Source: an uncultured Fibrobacterota bacterium
Lineage (GTDB): Bacteria; Fibrobacterota; Chitinivibrionia; Chitinivibrionales; FEN-1185
NCBI GenBank assembly: GCA_963753345.1
Contig: CAVWBU010000016.1
Location: 128,001 to 192,000 of the forward strand
Direction of reading: 5' to 3'
DNA length: 64,000 bases
Each line of letters opens with the position of its first letter. Position 1 is the first letter of the stretch. The notes under the pieces were generated by a model. The model saw only the letters and a list, made by a program, of their open reading frames with translations, was not told the DNA's origin and made no database searches. The position numbers and the translations under genes are program-made. Positions 30,175 to 46,957 of this stretch are shown here, one piece after another.

Positions 30175-30942
30175 ATGCAAACCATCACGCGAAAAAGTCT
30201 ACTTTACAGAAGCGGGCTTGGCTTTTATTGCCTGAACCATGTTCAGGGCTGCAGTCACGGGTGCCGCTATCCCTGCTACGCCTTTTCCATGGCTATGCAT
30301 TATGGCCGAGCAGCGGATTACAAGGCGTGGTGCCAGCCCAAATTGGTGGCCAACGCCTTGGAGCTGTTGGATAAGGAACTGCCGAAGTTCCGGGCCAAGG
30401 CCGACAGCAGCCCTGGTGACGAAGAATTCCGGATCCACCTGTGCCTGACCACTGATCCTTTTATGGTTGGATGGCCGGAAATCCAGTCCATGAGCCTTCG
30501 GATTATTGAAAAAATCAATGCCGTCGGTCTGGACTGCGATGTCTTGACAAAGGGTGTGCTGCCTAAGGAATTGGCCGGGTCTTCTTTCAGCAGGAAAAAC
30601 CGCTACGGCATCAGCATTGTTTCGCTGAACGAAGATTTCCGCAAACGCTGGGAACCGGGCACAGCTCCCTATCCGGACCGCATCAGCGCATTACGCTTCC
30701 TGCACACAAAAGGCAACTCGACCTATGCGCATGTCGAGCCATACCCCACGCCCAATATTATCCGGCAGGATTTGGATGCTTTACTGAAGGCGGTAGGTTT
30801 TGTGGATGCTGTTTATTTCGGCGGCTGGAACTACAGCACTCTGGCCGGAAAGTATCCAGATCGTTCGGGATTCTACGCGGAGCAGACGAGGAAGGTAAAA
30901 GCATTCTGTAGCAAACATGAAATTGATTGCGAGATGAAATAA
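30175..30942 (+). CDS. Radical SAM protein, spore-photoproduct-lyase-like
   Basis: NHVQGCSHGCRYPCYA, TDPF, LTKG, WEPGT...RISAL. Confidence 0.85.
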   Translation: MQTITRKSLLYRSGLGFYCLNHVQGCSHGCRYPCYAFSMAMHYGRAADYKAWCQPKLVANALELLDKELPKFRAKADSSPGDEEFRIHLCLTTDPFMVGWPEIQSMSLRIIEKINAVGLDCDVLTKGVLPKELAGSSFSRKNRYGISIVSLNEDFRKRWEPGTAPYPDRISALRFLHTKGNSTYAHVEPYPTPNIIRQDLDALLKAVGFVDAVYFGGWNYSTLAGKYPDRSGFYAEQTRKVKAFCSKHEIDCEMK

Positions 30943-30972
30943 TCCCGCGACGCTTGCCATTCGGCAAATGCG

Positions 30973-31713
30973 CTATTGAACCACAACAGCCGCGTTTGCA
31001 TCAAACGGATTGGTGCGGAGCGCGAACGAGAAAAGGTAGGGGTAGTTCTTCTGCAAGTGCCGCATGTAGGCGACCCATTGACAGACAAGCAAAACATAGG
31101 CGCGATTCATGTCGGCGACAAGATGGTCGAGGTCCGATTTCGGCAGGCGGGAAAAGTCCTCCCGGTAGGTCAGCTCTTCGAGCAGGTGAAAGGTCGCCCA
31201 GAGGAGCTCGGTGAACTCTTCATGCTCAAGCAGGTTCTGGTTTTCCAGCAGTCCCAGCAGAAATTCCCGTTCGGTCGCCATTGTTTCTTTCAATGCGGCA
31301 AAATCGACATTCCCGGCTTCCAATCCGCTGCGGTAGCCGGCGAGCCGAGAGGCAAGGGACCTGAATTTCTCATCGGTCCAGGTTTTCCCCACGACAAGCT
31401 CGGCACGCATGGATCCGATGAAAGGGTCCCAGGCCGAAAACCGCTTCAGGAGAGCAACGCCGAACTGGCTGAAAAATGTACCGATCACCATGTTCTGCTT
31501 GTGAATCCGCTCCTGTTTTTCCACCGAACGCAAGACCCGCTCCAGAATGAGGGTGACCAGCAGCACCTGCAAAGGCAAGAAGGCGATGTCCTGCAGCAGG
31601 TAAAAACCCATGTCACGAGTGTCGTGAAAGACAAGGTATTGAACCAGGTACAAAATGCCTGATAGAGCAATGAGGCCCGCAATAAATATGAATCTGAGAA
31701 GATTGGAATTCAT
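30973..31713 (-). CDS. Conserved hypothetical membrane protein
   Basis: Two N-terminal TM helices; DIAFLP.QVLLVT, LLEN.NLLEHE.FT, YPYLFS...RTNPFD. Confidence 0.8.
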   Translation of the reverse strand: MNSNLLRFIFIAGLIALSGILYLVQYLVFHDTRDMGFYLLQDIAFLPLQVLLVTLILERVLRSVEKQERIHKQNMVIGTFFSQFGVALLKRFSAWDPFIGSMRAELVVGKTWTDEKFRSLASRLAGYRSGLEAGNVDFAALKETMATEREFLLGLLENQNLLEHEEFTELLWATFHLLEELTYREDFSRLPKSDLDHLVADMNRAYVLLVCQWVAYMRHLQKNYPYLFSFALRTNPFDANAAVVVQ

Positions 31714-31795
31714 GTTCGGTTTTTAGTCGGTAATTATGTTGATTGCTCAGGTGCAGCCAGGCAGCTGATTTGATGTAACGTCAGCGCATCAGCCC

Positions 31796-32188
31796 CTATT
31801 TCGCCGCAGGCGCAAGCGCATTCTCCACCGCCTTGCTCATCGCCTTGGTGTTGACTGTTGCGCCTGAAACAACGTCGATTTGCGGTGATTGCTTTTTGAT
31901 GATTGCCGCTTCGGCCTTTTCGTTGAAGTCCTTCATGATCGCCATCCGCTTGTTGGTGTTCTTCACAGCGGTGATCGCATGAGACTTCACGGTCACCTGC
32001 ACGTCGTAGGTCCAGCGGCCCTTGTGATACGACCCCTGATACACGCCGTCGGCGATTTTCGACAGGTCAACGCTGTTGACCACAAGCTTCTGCACCTCGC
32101 CCATGCCCAGGTTGAGGAAGAAGAACAGAGCGCCCATAACAACCGCGAACCCGCCGATGGCCCAGAGCACTATTCTAAATTTCTTCAT
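31796..32188 (-). CDS. FMN-binding domain protein
   Basis: DGVYQG, IDVVSGATVNTKAM.KAVENAL. Confidence 0.88.
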   Translation of the reverse strand: MKKFRIVLWAIGGFAVVMGALFFFLNLGMGEVQKLVVNSVDLSKIADGVYQGSYHKGRWTYDVQVTVKSHAITAVKNTNKRMAIMKDFNEKAEAAIIKKQSPQIDVVSGATVNTKAMSKAVENALAPAAK

Positions 32189-32341
32189 GCGATTGCCTTG
32201 CCTTTCCAGAGGAAATTATTGACAAAACAGTTATTCGATTCAGGTTCTCCGCCTGTTTTCGTCATAAAACAAAATACTCACTTTGCCTGACTAATACCAC
32301 CTTTGCTTGCCAAGGAATGTTTGATGTGCCGAGTCAGCCAG

Positions 32342-33102
32342 TCAATGTCCCTTTGGGGCGGCTTTATGCGGCACAACAAAGACAAACAACATGATTGCGA
32401 TAAGAAGGATTGCCGATGCAGTGTAGCGGCTCAGCGCCAGGCCGCCGTCGCTTATTGGTTTGTCAAGGAAGTCTCCCACGGTCGCGCCAAGGGGCCGGGT
32501 AAGAATGAACGCCGTCCAAAATAGCCCTGTTCTCGATATCTTTGTCCAGAAGTTCATCGCTGCGATCACTACCAGCATGGAAATAAACACGATTGCGCCT
32601 CCGCGATACCCAAAGCCCGCAGTATCGGCGGTCCAATCACCAAGCGCTGTGCCCAGTGTCTGGGAAAACATGATCGTTACCCAGTAGAACACTTCCACTT
32701 TTCGGAGAACTCACGGTATCCACGGCGATCGAGCCGAGTGTCCTATACCAGACGAACAGTGACGTCATGAGAAGTGTGAATAAAATTGTTGTTCCGCCCG
32801 CATAGCCGATATGAAGTGAACGGTCCGCAAAATCCGCCATGGTCGTTCCGATCGTTGTCGTTGCAATAATGGTCGTCCAGTAGATAAGAGGATGAAATTT
32901 CTTTGCCGAAACTTGGACCATCACCGTAAATAAAAATACTACCCCAAATATCTCCGGTGCCCACAAGATATCCAAGATTCATTGACATCGATACCGCGTC
33001 TCCGCCGGTTTCGCCAAGGGTTGTCGCAAGTATCTTCATGATCCAGAAGAGCAGGGTAACCTCCGGTACTTTGCTGGCGGTCTCTTGCTTTGTTTCGTCC
33101 AA
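32342..33102 (-). CDS. COG4705/DUF347 membrane protein (two apparent frameshifts)
   Basis: SKVPEVTLLFWIMKILATTLGETGGD; FYW.TIMFSQTLGTALGD; LTRPLGATVGD, spread over three frames. Confidence 0.85.
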
Positions 33103-33151
33103 TGCGTCCTCACCCAAGAAAGTCATTGGTCATTGGCAAAGAAAACAACAC

Positions 33152-34192
33152 CTACTTACCGACCGGCGCGACGTCCAGTACCACAAATGTCCCCGGCACA
33201 ACGGGCGGCCGCGCCCTGGGATTGTCTGCGGTCGGTGCCGGGGCGGGGCCGAACTCTGCGGTGGGAAGGTAAACATGATGCGTTTTTTGGTCGAGCGCAA
33301 TCGTCTTGGCGCCCTTTTGCGTCGCCACATTTTCGAGAACCGTGAACTTGCCGCCGGCCGACTGGACAACGGTAAGCGTGCCGTCGCCGCAGGAAACGTA
33401 GGCGCGTTTGTAAAACGGGTCGAACGCAGCGCCGTCGGCGTGGTCGCCTATGGGGACCGAGCCGAGTATCCTGCCCGTTTTTGCGTCCGCCATTACCATG
33501 AGTTTGTTGCCGCACCCTATAAACAGCGTGTTTGTCGCCATGTCAAGGGCTATCGGCGATGGTCCTTCCCCCGGCGCGACGGGAAATTTCCTTGTTACCT
33601 TTGCGGACTTGGCGTCGATGACGTCCACCATGTTCTTGTCTTCGATATTGACATAGAGTAATCCGTGTTCGTCGGATGCGGGAAACTCCGGCTTGCCGTC
33701 GAGCGCGATAGTAGCGGTCACCTTGTTCGTTTTCGCGTCAATCACCGTTGCATTCGAGCTCTTACCGTTGAACACAAAGACCGCCTGGGAGAATTTGTCG
33801 TAGGCTATTGCATCCGGTCCGATCCCGGTTACCCGGACCTTCGTCACCACCGCCAGCGTGGCAAGATTGAACACGGTCACCGACGTGTCCTTTCCATTGC
33901 TGGTGAACCCCTTGCCGGCTTCCCGCGCAATGGCGGTTCCATGCACTCCTTTGGTGTCCGGAATGGTTCCCACGGTTTTCCCGGTCTTGGTGTCCACCAC
34001 CTGCACCATGGTAGCGTGCGATACATACAACCTGCCCGTGGAATCGTCCATGGCGATGATGTCCCAGCCCCCGTCGCCGCCAACGTGAAACTTGTTTGCG
34101 ATCTTGTAGTGCGAATCGGACACTTGGGCAAAAAGCATCGCATCCAGGCTCAAGAGAGCAAGCGCTGCTATCAAAATTCCCGCCCTGTGCAT
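33152..34192 (-). CDS. YVTN/YncE-family beta-propeller protein
   Basis: GGDGGWD, KGVHG, GPDAIAYD, TQKGAKTIALD; signal peptide. Confidence 0.88.
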   Translation of the reverse strand: MHRAGILIAALALLSLDAMLFAQVSDSHYKIANKFHVGGDGGWDIIAMDDSTGRLYVSHATMVQVVDTKTGKTVGTIPDTKGVHGTAIAREAGKGFTSNGKDTSVTVFNLATLAVVTKVRVTGIGPDAIAYDKFSQAVFVFNGKSSNATVIDAKTNKVTATIALDGKPEFPASDEHGLLYVNIEDKNMVDVIDAKSAKVTRKFPVAPGEGPSPIALDMATNTLFIGCGNKLMVMADAKTGRILGSVPIGDHADGAAFDPFYKRAYVSCGDGTLTVVQSAGGKFTVLENVATQKGAKTIALDQKTHHVYLPTAEFGPAPAPTADNPRARPPVVPGTFVVLDVAPVGK

Positions 34193-34231
34193 AATAATCC
34201 TCCGTTTTCAAGGTTGCGGGCGATTTGCGCC

Positions 34232-35218
34232 CTATTTTTCGATTTTCGTGCTGTAGATTTCTTTTCCTGCCGTGTCAATCATGCTCACCATCATTTCCGC
34301 ATGGGTGAGGCGGACCTTGGTGTAGCCCGGGACCAATTTGGCGAACTTCGACGAGGGCAGAAGCTCGGCCATGGGCCTCACCTCCACGGTGCCGCAGACA
34401 AAATAGTTGACGTGACTTCCCTGGGGCTTGAGATGTTCGAAATTGTGGTCATGCCCGCAGAAATACGCGTCAACGCCTTTCTTGTCGAAAAACCCCGCAA
34501 AGCGCGCCTCCATTTCCGCGGTTTGCGTGCCGTGCGCGCTGCCGCTCGAATGCACCGGGTGGTGGCCGAATACAAGTTTCCAGCGCGACTTCGAGTTGGT
34601 GAGACAACTGTCGATCCAGCGCATCTGCTTCGCGGTGTCCTGCCCGGCAACATGCATCTCGTCGGTCTTGTAGTATTCCGACTGAAAAGGCGAAGTGTCT
34701 ATGATGTAAAAATCCGCCGCAGTGCTGTCGTTGATCTTCTTGTGCACCGCAAAGTACCGGCCCGGCATGTTCCAGCGCCGGCTGATCTTCGAATAGTCGA
34801 CTTCCGCCTGCGGTTCCCCTTTGTAATCGTGGTTCCCGAGCGCCACGTACCAGTCGCATTCCAAGGCAGGATCATTGTACACATTTTCAAAGTTCAACAT
34901 CCACAGCGGGTCGGCAACGCTGCGGACGCCATTGACCTGAAAATTGTCTCCCACGGACATGATGAAACTGCCCACCCCTTTTGCAACCATGACTCTGGCC
35001 ACTTCGGTCTGGTTTTTTTTTCCGTTCCATCCCCAGTCACCAACCAAGAACTGCAGTCCTTTCTCCTGCTTGCCCTCGTTTTCCATTTTCGAGACCGTGG
35101 CCGTGGGTTCGGTTTTCTTGGAAGTCTGTTTGACGGTTTGCGCTGACGACAATGCAGCTAAGACCGCGCACCCGGCAATTGCCAGGATAAGGGAGCGAAG
35201 ACGGGTGAAATGTGACAT
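34232..35218 (-). CDS. Tartrate-resistant acid phosphatase-like metallophosphoesterase
   Basis: GDWG, GDNF, GNHD, GHHP, CGHDH; signal peptide; AAGGAG RBS. Confidence 0.9.
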   Translation of the reverse strand: MSHFTRLRSLILAIAGCAVLAALSSAQTVKQTSKKTEPTATVSKMENEGKQEKGLQFLVGDWGWNGKKNQTEVARVMVAKGVGSFIMSVGDNFQVNGVRSVADPLWMLNFENVYNDPALECDWYVALGNHDYKGEPQAEVDYSKISRRWNMPGRYFAVHKKINDSTAADFYIIDTSPFQSEYYKTDEMHVAGQDTAKQMRWIDSCLTNSKSRWKLVFGHHPVHSSGSAHGTQTAEMEARFAGFFDKKGVDAYFCGHDHNFEHLKPQGSHVNYFVCGTVEVRPMAELLPSSKFAKLVPGYTKVRLTHAEMMVSMIDTAGKEIYSTKIEK

Positions 35219-35258
35219 TCCGAACTCCTTTGTTAAAATTGAAAATGTTTGGGTTTTA

Positions 35259-39746
<4,488 letters not shown>

Positions 39747-40143
39747 TCGTAAATGTTGATGCCGCCCCAGAGGCCGCGGTTGTTGTCGTTTATCGCCAGC
39801 GGCGCTGAGGGGTTTGTGTCTTTGTACGCGGTGAAAATGATAGAATGAGCATGCTGGTGCTGGTGGCATAGACGCGGCCGTCCCGGGCAACGATAAGCAT
39901 GGTGGTGGAATCGGTGTTTGTTTCCGCCTCGCCAAGAATGGTCGTTCCGGCCTGAATATTAAGTCGCGATCCGGCCTTGACGACAACTTTTCCGTGAAGA
40001 ACATAGATGTTTGATGCTACCCAGTTCTTAGTTACTCCAGCAGGAATGCTGTCGTTGGTGATGTCGATTCGCGCCGCCGAAACCTGCGCAACAAGCCCAG
40101 CCATTGCCAAGACCCCTAGAACGCTAGAACGCTTGCAAAACAT
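39747..40143 (-). CDS. Secreted protein of the TBDR-associated beta-helix type (truncated by homopolymer tract)
   Basis: Signal peptide, WVASNIYVLHGKVVVKAGSRLNIQAGTTILG...LIVARDG; GGAGG RBS. Confidence 0.7.
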
Positions 40144-40321
40144 AGACCCCTCCCCGGAAAATTGTGATGTTTGTTCCCACATTGACAAGTAGTATACAAC
40201 GCGGGAGTTAAAGGAATTCCACATCAGTTTGTTGTTGGACAAAGTCGGGCGCTTCTGAAACGCAGGCTGCCGCAGATCCACACACCCTTCTTTTGCAATT
40301 GTCCTAAAAGATAACCGCAAT

Positions 40322-40529
40322 GTGTTAGTTTGCTGCAAGATTTGAGATAGGATTTCGCTCAGGTCAGGGTTTTTTAACTTATTACATCTTTATTACAAAC
40401 ACTCGCGCTTCACTGCCCACCGATGCGCCGCTGCCAAAGGCAATCATTACACATGAATGTCTAAAGCCATAGGGCCCCAAAAGTGCGGCTCAAACCAAAA
40501 CATAACGACCGCCTCGCAGTCCCCTAACC
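40322..40529. promoter_or_regulatory. Divergent promoter region with putative Pho boxes
   Basis: Leftward TGTTAG/TGCAAG/AGATAG (A at 40327, 40338, 40349). Rightward ATTACA at 40381/40392 and CAAACC/ATAACG/CTCGCA/CTAACC at 40491, 40502, 40513, 40524. Confidence 0.55.
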
Positions 40530-40613
40530 ATTGCAATGCATTTTTGCCATTCACGAACCAGAGACCCCCGGTTCCGCCTTCTTTCATTCACGATTTAGGA
40601 AAGGAATTTCCGC

Positions 40614-41426
40614 ATGCGATCCTTGATCCTCATTGTATCGGCAGTGCTTATGGCACTGCCCACGGTCGTTTTCACGGAGGAGCAGCCCGTCGCGTCCGAA
40701 GAATTGGTGCGATTCCGCAAAGAACTCACCCATATCCAATCGGAGCGCCAGAGGAACCGCGTTGAGCGCGAGGCCGAGGCAAAGGACTACCAGGCTTATC
40801 AGGGCCGCACCGCCGCCCGCATGGCCCAAGTGTGCGCCGAAACCGACTCTATCAACAGCGAAGCGGCGAAATCCCGACGCACCGGCTATTCTCTTTCTGC
40901 ACTTGTCAATGCATTTACGGATAAGAAGAAGCAGGTGGAGCTGTCGAAGGACAATCTCCGTCAAAGGCTTGCGCGCTCGTGCGACGCACTCGACTCTACG
41001 GTGAGCGCATTCCCCCCGCTGGCGCGCGGACGCATCAGTTCGTCGCTGGCTCTTGTCAAAAGCGAACTGTTGGCCCGGACCATGGAAAGCGCGGAGGCGT
41101 TCGCCCGTCTGTCGCAGGCCGTGTCCCTGGCGCGTGACGCCTCCTCCTCGATAGAGGCCTCACAGGAAAACTCGCCCGTCGCGGACATTCGCGGCCAGGT
41201 GAGCCGCCTGCGTGTGGGGACCCTGTTTGAAGCTCTGGCCGACCAGAAAGCCGAAAAGTGCCTGGTGTGGCGGAGCAACGCCGAACAGCTCGAAGCCCCG
41301 TGGCTGCCGTGCGCCGACCGTTCGGCCCCGGAAAACATCGTGAAAGCCGTGGCAATCCGTGAGGGAAAAGCCTTGCCGTCCTTTGTGGTTTTGCCTCTGG
41401 CCGCTCCTGCCAAAGGGGGCCGGTAA
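40614..41426 (+). CDS. DUF3450-like periplasmic coiled-coil protein
   Basis: Signal peptide, coiled coil, LRVG...A, AVAIREGKALPSFVVLP; first gene of Ton operon. Confidence 0.65.
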   Translation: MRSLILIVSAVLMALPTVVFTEEQPVASEELVRFRKELTHIQSERQRNRVEREAEAKDYQAYQGRTAARMAQVCAETDSINSEAAKSRRTGYSLSALVNAFTDKKKQVELSKDNLRQRLARSCDALDSTVSAFPPLARGRISSSLALVKSELLARTMESAEAFARLSQAVSLARDASSSIEASQENSPVADIRGQVSRLRVGTLFEALADQKAEKCLVWRSNAEQLEAPWLPCADRSAPENIVKAVAIREGKALPSFVVLPLAAPAKGGR

Positions 41427-42895
41427 TGAAGCCATTGACCCTAACGCTCATTCTGTTCTGCGCACTGCCAGCACTCGCGGGCCACGATTCCGAAAAGACG
41501 ATGCGGCTGCGGCAGGCTGCCGAAGCTTACCGCAAGAAAAGATGCGCTCGAAGCGGCGCGTGATTCTCTTGAAAACGAAACGGCGGCCCGTTATTCGCTC
41601 AAGCAGCAATGGGTGGACCAGCGCGAGGCAGACAAGCAGGAGCTCGACCGCCTCAGAGAAGTCGAGGAGCGAAGCGTCAACGATTTGGCGCGCGTCAAGG
41701 AAGAATGTCTTGCAAAGGAGGCCACGCTTTCCGAGGAACGCAAGAACGCCGAGGCGGCGGCCGAGGAGTGGAGCTACGTTCGTTCGTCTCTGTCCGATGC
41801 GCTCAAGAAAGAGGCCGACGCGATAGCCGAGGCGTTTCCGCTCGACGCGGAGCAGCGGCGCGCTGAGTTGGAAAACATCCGTGCCTCGTTTTCGCAGCGC
41901 GGCGATCCGGCGCTCTCCTGGGACGCCTTCGTCGCGTACGTGCGCGAAGACCTGCGCCGAAGCGGTTCGATATTGCTTGTCAAGCGCGACGTGCTGCTTG
42001 ACCAGGGAGCGATCCACTGGCTCACCCTCGCGCGTTTCGGCAGCGTGTTCGCCCTCGGCGTGGACACCTCCGGCCAGCCTTACATGATACGCCATACCGG
42101 CCGGCTGGGCGCCGAGCGGTATTCGACGGACAGGATCGGCTCGCCGGAACTCACCTCCTTCGTGGCTAACGTGATGCCGGCGTGGATACGAGACAACGCG
42201 GTAAGCGGCACCGTGATGGCGGAGGTGCTGCAGAACGATCAGGGGCGCATGCTCGTTGCCGGCAAGAAACAGTCTTCGCTGCAGGAGCTTTTCGCGTCGT
42301 TTCGGGCCGGAGGCCTGGTGATGATTCCGCTGCTGTTCCTTCCGTTCTGGGCACTCTGGCTCACTATTGGCAAGGGCCGGCAGATCTACTCGCATCGGCG
42401 GCGCTTTGCGCGGCAATTCAAGACCGCCATGCGTTACCTTGACAACAACGACATTCCAGCGGCGCTTTCCTATGCGCACGGTGAAAAAGGTGTCATGGCG
42501 CGCATCCTCGAAACCTGCCTCGAACGCAAGGAGCATGGAAGGCACGTAAGCGAACGCGTCGTGCGGGAGCTCGATCATGCAGGAGGTCCCGGTGGTAGGC
42601 AGAGGCATCAACACCCTTGCGGTGATCGCCGGCGCCGCGCCGCTCCTCGGCCTCCTTGGGACCATCAGCGGCATGATCACGCTGTTTGCGGCGGTCACCC
42701 ACTACGGCACCGGCGATCCGAAGTTTCTGGCGGGGGGCATCTCCGAGGCGCTCATCACCGCCAAGACCGGTCTGGCCATCGCCATCCCGGTGCTCTTTAT
42801 CCACGACTTCGTCCGCAATGGCAAGGACAGGATGCTGTCGGAGATCGACCGCCTGTCCATTGCGGCAATGAACCGCATCTGGCCCGAGGACTTAA
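41426..42895 (+). CDS. Large ExbB/MotA-family protein with N-terminal periplasmic extension (TtpC-like; frameshifts near 41525 and 42575)
   Basis: GGLVMIPL, AAPLLGLLGTISGMI.LF, GDPKFLAGGISEALITAKTGL. Confidence 0.8.
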
Positions 42896-42898
42896 CGG

Positions 42899-43523
42899 GT
42901 GTTGCACTTATTTGTCAAGCTTTTCGGCGAGGGCGGATGGGTGCTCTACCCCATTTTCGGCGTCTCCGTGCTCGCCCTGTATATCGCATTCGGAAAGGCG
43001 CTGGCCATTACGCAGCTCGAACACGCGCATCGCGCCTTTTGTGCCTCCGTGGAAGGCGCGGGGATTTTCAAGGAAACGGGCAGCCCGGCGCTCGACCGGC
43101 TGGTCCGCGAGATCAAACGGCATGCGGGCCGTGCCGACCGCATCGAGCGGGCGGCCGCCGATTGCATGGCCGAGATTGCGCCGCAGCTTGATGCGGGCAT
43201 GGCCACCATCGGCGCGTGCGTGGTCATCGCGCCGTTGCTCGGCCTGCTCGGCACCATTAGCGGCATGAACCGGATGTTCGACGTGATCGGCCGGTTCGGT
43301 TTCGGCAATCCCACCATCATGTCCAACGGCATAAGTATGGCGCTGCAGGCCACGCTCACCGGGCTCACCGTTGCCGTGGCGGCACTGCTGTTTCAGGACT
43401 TTTTGTCAAACAGGAAGTCGAGAATTCTGCATCGGCTCGACAGCGACATCACAAACCTTGTGCGGCGCGCCGAAAAGGCCGCGCAAACTCTAAACCCGAC
43501 TGCGCTAAAGGAGCACGCCGTGA
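42899..43523 (+). CDS. exbB: ExbB/TolQ proton-channel protein
   Basis: GGWVLYPI, APLLGLLGTISGM..F, GISMALQATLTGL; true end uncertain. Confidence 0.8.
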
Positions 43524-43930
43524 ACCCTGAGTACCGCCTCCTCCCCGACCAGCACGAGAAGCCCGAGATCAACCTCGCGCCTTTTGTGGACACGATGATG
43601 ATCCTGCTGATCTTCTTTGTGGTCACGGCCAACCTGTACGTGGAAACCGGCGTCGACGTTACCAAGCCCAAGGCGCAGACTGCGCGGCCCGTGGGACAGA
43701 AATCCATCCTTGTGGGCATTACACGCGAAGGAACGGTGCACCTGTACGGCCGCCAGGTGAGTCTCGACAGGCTGAAACTGCTGATGGAGCAGGAAACGGC
43801 AAAACAGCAGGATGTATCCGTGGTCATCATCGCAGACCGCTACGTGGCCACGGGCCGCACCGTGGAAGTGATGGACCAATGCAGTCTTGGGGGCGTTCAG
43901 AAAATCTCCATTGCGGCCGGCAAGGAATAG
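43520..43930 (+). CDS. exbD: ExbD/TolR protein
   Basis: AAGGAG RBS before GTG 43520; INLAPFVDTMMILLIFFVVT, VVIIAD, VEVMD. Confidence 0.85.
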   Translation: MNPEYRLLPDQHEKPEINLAPFVDTMMILLIFFVVTANLYVETGVDVTKPKAQTARPVGQKSILVGITREGTVHLYGRQVSLDRLKLLMEQETAKQQDVSVVIIADRYVATGRTVEVMDQCSLGGVQKISIAAGKE

Positions 43931-43934
43931 CACA

Positions 43935-44575
43935 ATGCCGATTTTAACTCAAGGTGCGCTTGTGATTGCCAGACTGGCCGCCGCTGTGGTGGTTAGCTTT
44001 CTGCTGTTTGTCTCGGTCTCTCTGCTGCACGGCATGTTTGGCGGGCCGCATCCAAAGGAAGAAAACCGGGCGCGCAGACAGGTGACACTTGTTGAAGTTG
44101 TCAAGAAACAGGAGCCTGAGCATGTGATGCAGAAACAGCACATCCGCGCGATAACCAGCATTGCAAAGGGGTCAAGCGGCGGCAGCGGTCAGATGGCGAT
44201 GCGCATAACGCCGGACCTGAGCATCGACGCCGGGCCGGAGGGAAACGGTGGCGTTGTCCTTCAATCGCAGGAACTCGCCGCAGAAGTTTTCGAGGAAGGC
44301 CAGACCGACGAGGACCCAATGCCGATTTACAAGCCGGAAGTCCCCTAATCCCGAGCAACTGCGTGACCAGGGTGTCGAGGGCGTGCTCGAAGGGATGTAT
44401 GTGATCGATCACAACTGAACGGTAATCTCGGCTGGATATTAATGCCGCGCCTCACCCCCTGCTTGCCTCAGAGGCGCGCCGGGTTGTTTCAACCTGGCGT
44501 TTTAAGCCCGCCAAAAACAAAGGGGTTCCGGTGAGCATCCGAATCCATCTTACGATTGACTTCCGGCTGGAGTGA
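43935..44575 (+). CDS. tonB: Energy transducer TonB (frameshifts 44340-44450)
   Basis: N-terminal TM; C-terminal QGVEG, WRFKPAKNKGVPV...IDFRLE. Confidence 0.75.
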
Positions 44576-44579
44576 GCGA

Positions 44580-45520
44580 ATGGCGAAAAGAACCGTGATC
44601 GTTGCATTCGTTCTCGGCTCTTGCCGTACTCCCGATTTCGGCCGCGCCTCTCCTCGATCAAGCAAACCGGGAATATGCCGCCGGTAAGTGGACAAGTGCA
44701 GTCCGTCTGTACAAACAGGCAGCCAGAGAAGGTGAAAACCCGGCGCTCTGCTATTTCAATGCGGCTAATGCTTGGTACCAGATGGACAGCCTTGGGTAGG
44801 TTTATTGGTGTACTACCGTTCAACAATAGATTGCGCTCCATCCTTTTTCTAGGCATACCTCAACCTTGCGGCTGTTTACTATTCACTCAATGATCTAGGC
44901 AACTGTATCGCATGCATGCGTGAGGGGATCAAACTCGAACCCGCCAATCAGAAGGCCCTGCTTATCCTCGCTGCGGCCTACCGGAAATCCGGCGCACTTG
45001 CACAGAGCATCGCGGTATTTTGAGACCCTTGCACGGCTGTATCCGGACATGGAGGAACCGTGCATTGCATTGGGAAGAAATGTACCGCGACCTTGACGAT
45101 CAGGACATGGCGGTGCGCTGGCTTCTGGCCTATCCCGCAGGCGGTAAAATCCTCTCCGATGTCTATTCGCTCCTGGCAGGGCTTTTTGAGGCGGACAACG
45201 ACTTCAACAGGGCACTGTACTATCTCGACCTGTCATTTGCGCGAGACAACGGCAAGAAGGGGACGCTGCTTCACATCGCGCAACTCCAACGCACAACGGG
45301 AAACGATATGGTGGTGTTGGAAACCGCCCGCGACGGCATGAAGCGATTTCCGGACTTTCCCGACCTCGCCCTCCTGGCCGGGAGCATCGCATTTGAGCAC
45401 GGCTGGTTCGACGAAGCCGAGCGCTGCTTTTCCGTTGCGGCCCAACACGGTAGCGCCAACGCGGTGATTGGCCTCCAGAACGTGAGAAACAGACGCACGG
45501 CGTCTGATTCTGCGAGATAA
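44580..45520 (+). CDS. Tetratricopeptide repeat protein (several frameshifts)
   Basis: ANREYAAGKWTSAVRLY, YFNAANAWYQ, YLNLA; TPR pattern throughout. Confidence 0.7.
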
Positions 45521-45555
45521 GGGGACCGCGCGGTTCTTGCATGAATAAGGTACGC

Positions 45556-46304
<749 letters not shown>

Positions 46305-46315
46305 TACGCGGTTGA

Positions 46316-46864
46316 TCAATGCAAGCAACCGCGCCGTGACGCCGGCCTTGATCCTGCCGGCAAGAAATAGCTCTTGACAATATCAAGGCACAGTCCGGTA
46401 GCAATCACCCCCGTCAGGTAGGCGAAAAACGGAGAACTACGGTAACCAAAATTTGCCGCGGCAAAGCTCATGAGGGTTGCCCACAACAGGAAAATAAAGG
46501 GGTTCGTTATGTTAATAAGAAAGCCAGACAGGAATCCTTTAAGCAACGGCACAGGATCGGAATATTCAGAAGCAACCATTGTCGCATTGGGCCTTGTGAG
46601 CAGCATACCTATTCCCATGCAACACAATATTGCTCCGCAGATGATTCCGGCGGCGCGTCTGTGCTGGAATGGCTGGATCAGACGGAAAACGCCGAAGTAG
46701 TTGACGGCAAGAAAGACAATGATGCCAGTGAAAAGACCAGCCACAACCGAGAGACCTGCACGGAAGCCCCGGCGCAGGCTCGTATGAAAGTTGATCAGCA
46801 CCCCCGGGCCGACGCCAATGGCCATGACCAAGGCTGTCAAAATTCCTTTTGCCAAGGGGGACAT
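46316..46864 (-). CDS. LysE-family translocator
   Basis: IGVGPG...SLRRGFRAG, GFLSGFLINITNP. Confidence 0.82.
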   Translation of the reverse strand: MSPLAKGILTALVMAIGVGPGVLINFHTSLRRGFRAGLSVVAGLFTGIIVFLAVNYFGVFRLIQPFQHRRAAGIICGAILCCMGIGMLLTRPNATMVASEYSDPVPLLKGFLSGFLINITNPFIFLLWATLMSFAAANFGYRSSPFFAYLTGVIATGLCLDIVKSYFLPAGSRPASRRGCLH

Positions 46865-46957
46865 TATCTATCCCTTATGATGGTCATATTCATGGGGTTC
46901 TCTTAAAGGATACCGCCTTCCCACTTCTTATGGTGACTTAAAGAATTTACCGCGCCG

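Noticed and set aside
42899..43930. Apparent in-frame ExbB-ExbD fusion
   Set aside because: An AAGGAG RBS and a GTGA start/stop-type overlap at 43520 indicate two genes; the region is full of single-base errors.
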